A stretch of 64,000 bases of DNA from Nanobdellota archaeon (GTDB taxonomy: Archaea > EX4484-52 > LFW-46), in NCBI GenBank assembly GCA_018897155.1, contig JAHILE010000048.1:1385-65384 (forward strand), read 5' to 3'. The position numbers were made by a program, and so were the translations under genes. Below the pieces are notes generated by a model, which did not search any database, was not told the DNA's origin, and saw nothing but the letters and a program-made list of their open reading frames with translations. Below are positions 58,859-64,000 of this stretch, in pieces; within the stretch, counting starts at the first letter, position 1, and each line of letters starts with the position of its first letter.

Positions 58859-59791
58859 CTACTGCGCGAATATTGCCTTCATCTCTTCATTCATCATCGG
58901 CGCCATCCCATCAGCCCATCCGTGCGTCTTGTAGTCAACAGTTATGAATTTCTTCGGCTCCAAAGCATAGCCGAAAGTCTTTTGCGCCATTTCAATCGGG
59001 ATGACCGTATCGTTTGTCGAGTGAACCATCAAAACAAATCGCTGCGAAATCTTCGCTACATAAGCATCAGGATCTATTGCCTTATAGAAGCGCGCGACAT
59101 CGCCGTTCTGGAACTGATTATCCAGGGAATCGTATCCTGCAGTGCTTACTCCGACAACAGCCTTTATCCGCGGCTCTATTGCAGCAGCCATTACCGCAAA
59201 TCTTCCGCCCATGCTCTCGCCGAAAACAATGATGTTTTTAGAATCAACATCATCGCGCTCTGCCAAAAAATCATACGCGCGGAGAACGTCAAAAACCATC
59301 TTGTGCGTAACCGGCTCACGGTTATCGATAAATGTCGCGTATTCTTCATCCCTCGAATTGATTCCGCCGCCTGTTTCACCGCTATTGCCGCGCTCATCAA
59401 GTGTCAAAGTAACATAACCCCATTCGGCGAATTTTGCCGCCCTGCCGTCTTCGCCTTCTTTTGTTACTTGCGCGCCCGGAAGAAGAATTATTGCAGGTTT
59501 ACGCGCATCAGTTGTTTTTGGAACGCGGAGAAGCGCATAGATGTTCTCCCCCTTGCTTTTATAAACAATCTTTGAAAGCTCGACTTGGGCAGTATCGTTC
59601 AGAATAGTTTTTGTGAATTCAACAGCGCCGCGATTTTGCGGATATGTGAGAAGCCCCTCCTCGGTAATGTCCCACTTGTCGCTTGGTGAAAACGGCGCGA
59701 TAATCTCGTTAAAATGGCGCACAAAAACAATGAGAAGAAAAATCGCAAGCATCAATCCGACAAACTTTCTGCCCTTCAGATAGCCGTTCAT
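58859..59791 (-). CDS. Membrane-anchored alpha/beta hydrolase (dienelactone hydrolase / S9-like)
   Basis: N-terminal TM helix FVGLMLAIFLLIVFV. Nucleophile elbow VFGESMGG. Later HSTNDTVIP and H in KTHGW. Confidence 0.75.
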   Translation of the reverse strand: MNGYLKGRKFVGLMLAIFLLIVFVRHFNEIIAPFSPSDKWDITEEGLLTYPQNRGAVEFTKTILNDTAQVELSKIVYKSKGENIYALLRVPKTTDARKPAIILLPGAQVTKEGEDGRAAKFAEWGYVTLTLDERGNSGETGGGINSRDEEYATFIDNREPVTHKMVFDVLRAYDFLAERDDVDSKNIIVFGESMGGRFAVMAAAIEPRIKAVVGVSTAGYDSLDNQFQNGDVARFYKAIDPDAYVAKISQRFVLMVHSTNDTVIPIEMAQKTFGYALEPKKFITVDYKTHGWADGMAPMMNEEMKAIFAQ

Positions 59792-59833
59792 GATTATTTT
59801 TCTGCATATATTTATAAATAACCCTTCTAAAAT

Positions 59834-60391
59834 ATGTCTATGGCCTTAAAGCAAATCCGCATACATGGAAGGGGCGGCCAGGGCGTTGTAACATGCGCAG
59901 AGCTTCTTGCTGCCGCTGCATTCAAGGACGGCAAACAATGCCAGGCATTCCCGTTTTTCGGGGTTGAAAGAAGGGGTGCTCCTGTGGCTGCTTTCTGCAG
60001 AATTGATGACAAAGCAATACGCACGCACGAGCAGGTTTATGAGCCGGATTATGTCATGGTTCTTGACGCAAGCCTTCTTGAGAAGGTCAATGTTGCAGAA
60101 GGATTGAATGAAAATGGAATCATAGTCATAAACACAACAGAACCTACGGAAAATATAAAGCTGGCGACGTCCGCTAAAATAAAAACAATCGATGCCACAA
60201 AAATCGCGCTTGACGCAATCGGAAAGCCTTTTGTCAACGCGCCGATGCTCGGCGCTTTTGTCGCTGCCACAGGGCTTGTAAAGCTTGACTCGCTGATTAA
60301 ATCTGTTGAAGAAGCGTTTAGCGGGGAAATCGCGCAAAAGAATGTGGTCGCGGTTAAAAAAGCGTATGAGGAAATGAAAAATAAAAAATAA
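59834..60391 (+). CDS. porC: Pyruvate/2-oxoacid:ferredoxin oxidoreductase gamma subunit
   Basis: IRIHGRGGQGVVTCAELLAAAAFKDGKQCQAFPFFGVERRGAPVAAFCRID. 185 aa. Confidence 0.88.
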   Translation: MSMALKQIRIHGRGGQGVVTCAELLAAAAFKDGKQCQAFPFFGVERRGAPVAAFCRIDDKAIRTHEQVYEPDYVMVLDASLLEKVNVAEGLNENGIIVINTTEPTENIKLATSAKIKTIDATKIALDAIGKPFVNAPMLGAFVAATGLVKLDSLIKSVEEAFSGEIAQKNVVAVKKAYEEMKNKK

Positions 60392-60418
60392 TAGTTAAAT
60401 TGAGTTAAGGCGTCATCT

Positions 60419-61159
60419 ATGAGATTCAAAAATAAAGTTGTTATTATAACGGGTTCTGGCAGAGGCATTGGAAGAGCAACTGCATTACTTTTTGCAAAAG
60501 AAGGCGCAAAAGTTGTAGTTGTTGCCGATGTTAATGACAAAGAAGGAGAAGAAACCGTAACGTCCATAAAAAATGCCAAAGAAGATGCGTTTTATGTAAA
60601 ATGCGATGTTTCAAAAGAAGAACAAGTTAAACAAATGATTGAAAAAACAATAAAAACTTTTGGCAAAATCGACATATTAGTAAATAACGCGGGCATTGTT
60701 TTCGATGTGCCGTTTGCAGAAAGAACTGTTGAGCAGTGGAGAAGAACTCTTGACGTAAATCTGATTGGCACCTTTCTTTGCGCCAAATACGTTGCGCCGC
60801 ATATGAAAAAACAGAATGGCGGCAAGATCGTCAATATATCATCCACTAACGGAATAGATAGCTTTAATCCGGCATCGATGGATTATGATGCGTCAAAAGC
60901 AGGAATTATTATACTCACAAGAGATCTTGCAAAAGAACTGGCTCCTACAATACAAGTTAATTCAGTAGCTCCCGGTTGGGTGAATACGGATATGAATAAA
61001 GATCTTCCCGAAGATTTTGTTGAAGAAGAGAGTAAAAAAATATATGCGAAACGGTTTGCCACGCCAGAAGAAATTGCAAAAGCAGTTTTATTTTTAGCGT
61101 CTGATGACGCGAGTTATATTACCGGAGTTACTTTAAAGGTCGATGGAGGATATGGCTAA
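60419..61159 (+). CDS. Short-chain dehydrogenase/reductase (FabG-like)
   Basis: VVIITGSGRGIGRATA (TGxxxGxG), NNAGI and YDASKAG (YxxxK). Confidence 0.88.
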   Translation: MRFKNKVVIITGSGRGIGRATALLFAKEGAKVVVVADVNDKEGEETVTSIKNAKEDAFYVKCDVSKEEQVKQMIEKTIKTFGKIDILVNNAGIVFDVPFAERTVEQWRRTLDVNLIGTFLCAKYVAPHMKKQNGGKIVNISSTNGIDSFNPASMDYDASKAGIIILTRDLAKELAPTIQVNSVAPGWVNTDMNKDLPEDFVEEESKKIYAKRFATPEEIAKAVLFLASDDASYITGVTLKVDGGYG

Positions 61160-61222
61160 TTGAATGCTTTTTTATTCGAATTATGTTTTTAAACATGTCT
61201 TCACAAATAGGTGTGTGATATT

Positions 61223-61465
61223 ATGGAATATACGTTTCCGGCAGTTGTGGTTAAGGAAGGCAAATTTTTTGTAGCGACCTGTCCTGAACCTGAAGTAACC
61301 AGCCAAGGCGAAACTATAGAAGAAGCGCTTGACAACTTGAAAGAAGCAATAGAACTATATCTGGAGGATGAAGACGCAAAAATACCAAACACTTGCGAAA
61401 GCCCTATAGTTACAACAGTGCGAGTAGATGCTAATGAGCAAAACACCTGTGTTATCCGGGCTTGA
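61223..61465 (+). CDS. hicB: HicB-family antitoxin
   Basis: MEYTFPAVVVKEGKFFVATCPEPEVTSQGETIEEALDNLKEAIELYLEDED is the typical HicB N-terminal fold pattern. The ORF-track start at 61211 is GTG. Confidence 0.75.
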   Translation: MEYTFPAVVVKEGKFFVATCPEPEVTSQGETIEEALDNLKEAIELYLEDEDAKIPNTCESPIVTTVRVDANEQNTCVIRA

Positions 61466-61661
61466 AGTTGTAAAGGCTTTAAGAAACGCGGGTTTTGAAA
61501 TTGTCGGAAGAAAGGGAAGCCATGTAAGGATGAAAAGAAAAAGCGAAAATAAATCTTCAATAGCGCTTGTGCCGCAACACAAAGAACTTGCAATCGGCAC
61601 TTTAAAATCCATTCTAAAGCAGGCAAATATGAATATTGAAGAACTTATGGAATTGCTATGA
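61434..61661 (+). CDS. hicA: HicA-family mRNA interferase toxin
   Basis: LSGLEVVKALRNAGFEIVGRKGSHVRMKRK...ALVPQHKELAIGTLKSILKQANMNIEE. Overlaps hicB by 32 nt. Confidence 0.8.
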   Translation: MSKTPVLSGLEVVKALRNAGFEIVGRKGSHVRMKRKSENKSSIALVPQHKELAIGTLKSILKQANMNIEELMELL

Positions 61662-61671
61662 GGCCATAATC

Positions 61672-61938
61672 ATGAAATCAAAAACTAGTGTCGGATGCAT
61701 AATACTTGAGCCGGGAAATTCCGGAGTCACAAAAACAGGCAGCTGGCGCACCTTCAGGCCAGTGGTTGATAAGGCCAAATGCACAGGATGCTCGATATGC
61801 GCGACTTTCTGCCCTGACGGCTGCATAGACATTGTCGAGAAAAAGGCAATTGTCAATTACGACTACTGCAAGGGCTGCATGATTTGCAAGACCGAATGCC
61901 CGTTCAGCGCTATAAAAGAGGAAAAGGAGAAGAAATAA
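61672..61938 (+). CDS. porD: Pyruvate:ferredoxin oxidoreductase delta subunit (2x[4Fe-4S] ferredoxin)
   Basis: GSWRTFRPVVDKAKCTGCSICATFCPDGCI...VNYDYCKGCMICKTECPFSAI. The ATG at 61672 (MKSKTSVG), 11 nt after the hicA stop, is preferred. The longer 61636 start would overlap hicA. Confidence 0.85.
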   Translation: MKSKTSVGCIILEPGNSGVTKTGSWRTFRPVVDKAKCTGCSICATFCPDGCIDIVEKKAIVNYDYCKGCMICKTECPFSAIKEEKEKK

Positions 61939-61949
61939 TTGGTGTTATT

Positions 61950-62327
61950 ATGGCTTACTCGGAAAAAGTATTAACTCAAGCAGATAATGAAGAACTCAAA
62001 AAAATAAGAAAAAAACTTCCGGAAATAACTGCCGCGTTACGGCTCGATCCAAAAGAAATTCCAGAAATCATGCGCACTACAAAATACCTTTCCGGCTTAA
62101 CCGAGAAGGATGTTTTTGAGCCCTTAGATACTAATGAAATCCGAAGTGAAACAAATAATCCTCAAAACATAAAAAAAATTCTTGCATCGTTAGATGCTAT
62201 TGGAATCCCGAAAAGAAATGAGAATGGCTATTGGCCGATAGAAAGTTCGAAGAATCCTATTTCAATCAGAAATCCGGGACTTGGATATTTCTGGGAACTG
62301 GATAAAAAAGAGAAAAGATATCAATAA
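61950..62327 (+). CDS. Hypothetical protein
   Basis: In-frame ATG at 61950 (MAYSEKVLTQ...), 12 nt after the porD stop. The longer ORF-track start at 61884 lies inside porD. Confidence 0.5.
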   Translation: MAYSEKVLTQADNEELKKIRKKLPEITAALRLDPKEIPEIMRTTKYLSGLTEKDVFEPLDTNEIRSETNNPQNIKKILASLDAIGIPKRNENGYWPIESSKNPISIRNPGLGYFWELDKKEKRYQ

Positions 62328-62337
62328 AACATTCCAT

Positions 62338-62994
62338 CTATAAAGCATCCTTGTAGAACTCATCAAAAAATTGCTTATTCTTCAAAAGTTCATCATTATA
62401 CAACACAATAAAAATCTTATCTATCGAATTTCCCGAACTCTCAATTGCAAAAAGTGTGGCTTCTGATGATTCTTCTTTTGATAAACCCCCTTTTCGCGTA
62501 CACATCACCGGAATTGCAACGCTTTTACACCCCAGTTTTTTCGCAAATCCAAAGCTTTTTTCAAGTGAATCCTGCACAGTTTTTTTTGTTGCCGGAATAA
62601 GTTTGGGCGGCGATTTTTTCCAATCATAAGTCATGCCTACAGCATTTGAAATTTGTAAATTATTAATAGTTATAGGAATAACCGCATCACCCCGCTTAAG
62701 CGGTCTTGAATCCCTTGAAACGACCATATCTTCGAGGCTTTCATATTGAAATCTAGTCGGTTCTCGTTTTCGAATACGGTACATATGATCCAAAGGAGAT
62801 TTCAGAGGCTCTTTAGCAATATTTACCAAATTCCAAAACTCCTGCAACTCATCACCAACCACACTTCCGGAATAATCCGCATATTGTTCTGCGGTTCCGC
62901 TTCCATGAAGTAGAAAACCATTAGACGAATTTACGTGCATGTCTGCGTTAACATAAGCAATATTTCCATACAGAACAGTTATTTTCGAAACCAT
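62338..62994 (-). CDS. Divergent Macro-domain-like protein
   Basis: LYGNIAYVNADMHVNSSNGFLLHGSGTAEQY and CKSVAIPVMCTRKGGLSKEES match the macro-domain blocks (GdI...aD.iVN.aN....G.G; siA.P.i.tG..G). The 218-aa length fits. Confidence 0.45.
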   Translation of the reverse strand: MVSKITVLYGNIAYVNADMHVNSSNGFLLHGSGTAEQYADYSGSVVGDELQEFWNLVNIAKEPLKSPLDHMYRIRKREPTRFQYESLEDMVVSRDSRPLKRGDAVIPITINNLQISNAVGMTYDWKKSPPKLIPATKKTVQDSLEKSFGFAKKLGCKSVAIPVMCTRKGGLSKEESSEATLFAIESSGNSIDKIFIVLYNDELLKNKQFFDEFYKDAL

Positions 62995-63021
62995 GAAACA
63001 ATTGTGTTTGAAAGGTTTAAA

Positions 63022-63990
63022 TCAATACTTCTGCACCCTTTCCGAATACTCCAGAATTATTTCCGCTGCTTTTTTTGCGCCGTTCATTTTTCGCGCGATT
63101 TTAGAATACTTCGCCGCGTTTTCTTTGTATTTTTTCCCGCGCAAAAGCATGCTGATTTTCCGGAAAAGATTTTGCGCGCCAAGATGAGAATAATCCAAAG
63201 TTTCTGCAACGCCAAGCGCTTTCATGCGCTCCGCATTGCTTCCCTGCTCTGCCTGGCCTTTGTCAGGAATTATCAGCGCCGGCTTTCCAAGTGCCAGGAT
63301 TTCCATCGCAGTGCTGTGGCCTGCCTGCGTGATTATTAGCTCTGCTGCGCGCATATACTCTGAAATATCGTCGGCAAACTCGCGCACAACAACATTCTTT
63401 GGAATTTTGTCGCTCTTGAATTTTGTGAATATCAGAAAGGTAACTTTCGGAAACTTTGGCGCAATCTCCAGAATGCCTTCAAAAATCGGAAGCCTGAATG
63501 CGTGGCCGCCAAGAATTGTCAGAACAAACGGGCGAGTTATATCAGGCGCGCCGCCTTTTCCGGGCTTCATAAATTCCGAAAAAACTACAGGGCCGGTAAA
63601 TATCTCTTTTTTCTTTATGTGCTTCATCCAGCCAAGCGTCCCAAGACAAACAGTATCTGGCGGCGGAAAATCGGGAATTAACACAACATCAGCAATAGAG
63701 ATTCCTGCGCTCAACGAGAACTCTGCATTTTTCCCGATAATGCGCATTACCGGATTGTCTTTCATGAAAAACGACTCAAGGCTTGTCTGGTTGGCGATGA
63801 CAACGCAGGGAATGCCAATCTGAAAAGCCGCAAGAATTGCCGCGCTCCTGCCGTCTGCAACCGCGCAGGTTGCTCCAAAGACACCCATATTCTTTTTTTC
63901 TTCAGCGACTATTTTTGAAAATCCGAGAGCGGGCTTACTGCTCTTTAGTATGGTTGCCTTCATGTCAAAAGAGCCATTATTTCCGGTCAT
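63022..63990 (-). CDS. GT-B glycosyltransferase (GT28 MurG/Alg13-like C-terminal domain); may extend beyond the window
   Basis: ELIITQAGHSTAMEILALGKPALIIPDKGQAEQGSNAERMKALGVAE. The reading frame stays open from 63990 to the window end (..EFE-MTGNN), so the true start may lie outside. Confidence 0.7.
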   Translation of the reverse strand: MTGNNGSFDMKATILKSSKPALGFSKIVAEEKKNMGVFGATCAVADGRSAAILAAFQIGIPCVVIANQTSLESFFMKDNPVMRIIGKNAEFSLSAGISIADVVLIPDFPPPDTVCLGTLGWMKHIKKKEIFTGPVVFSEFMKPGKGGAPDITRPFVLTILGGHAFRLPIFEGILEIAPKFPKVTFLIFTKFKSDKIPKNVVVREFADDISEYMRAAELIITQAGHSTAMEILALGKPALIIPDKGQAEQGSNAERMKALGVAETLDYSHLGAQNLFRKISMLLRGKKYKENAAKYSKIARKMNGAKKAAEIILEYSERVQKY

Positions 63991-64000
63991 TTCAAACTCG

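Noticed and set aside
58421-59575. Plus-strand ORFs at 58421-58747, 58575-58934, 58711-58947 and 58817-59575
   Set aside because: They are antisense to the HAD and alpha/beta hydrolase genes or span the intergenic gap without start signals. The 252-aa ORF is a shadow of the hydrolase gene.
60049-60579. 176-aa minus-strand ORF spanning the porC/SDR junction
   Set aside because: It is antisense to two confidently identified genes.
63224-63823. 199-aa plus-strand ORF
   Set aside because: It is antisense to the glycosyltransferase gene. It is Ser/Pro/Arg-rich with no motifs.
1-64000. Search by eye for rRNA genes, CRISPR arrays, transposases, integrases and phage structural genes
   Set aside because: None recognised. 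The only mobility footprints are the gatD 3'-end duplication, the TA modules and the small palindromic inserts reported above.

Overview
64-kb fragment that looks like a small-genome archaeon, probably a DPANN-type episymbiont (inference). It carries archaeal information genes: TBP, aEF-2, GatD, GatE, tRNA-splicing endonuclease and an intron-containing tRNA. Several normally operonic complexes appear only as isolated subunits: V-type ATPase subunit D alone, and pyruvate:ferredoxin oxidoreductase gamma and delta without alpha/beta. TATA-like boxes sit about 25-35 nt before many start codons. I saw no rRNA, CRISPR array, integrase or transposase. The first 20 kb is one co-oriented locus. It holds a >3,800-aa surface protein (N-terminus cut by the window edge), an 860-aa cytoplasmic coiled-coil protein, and a 1,984-aa surface protein. 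Both giants are saturated with N-x-S/T sequons and built from Ig/CARDB-like repeats. The first giant ends in a single TM helix followed by a HerA/FtsK-like P-loop ATPase, which is the most unusual architecture here. Other notable items: (1) a defence islet (type IIG restriction-modification enzyme, TIR protein, MNT/HEPN pair) in which the MNT/HEPN cassette is bracketed by a duplicated gatD 3' end; (2) a CsaA-like tRNA-binding gene broken by 50-nt and 92-nt hairpin-rich insertions whose exact removal restores a full-length ORF; (3) tRNA-Gly(CCC) with a 131-nt structured intron; (4) a secreted protein with 13 tandem 18-aa repeats; (5) an SDR gene plus hicBA sitting between porC and porD; (6) an AT-rich prenyl-lipid cluster. 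All calls come from reading the sequence and the ORF translations by eye. No database search was run.
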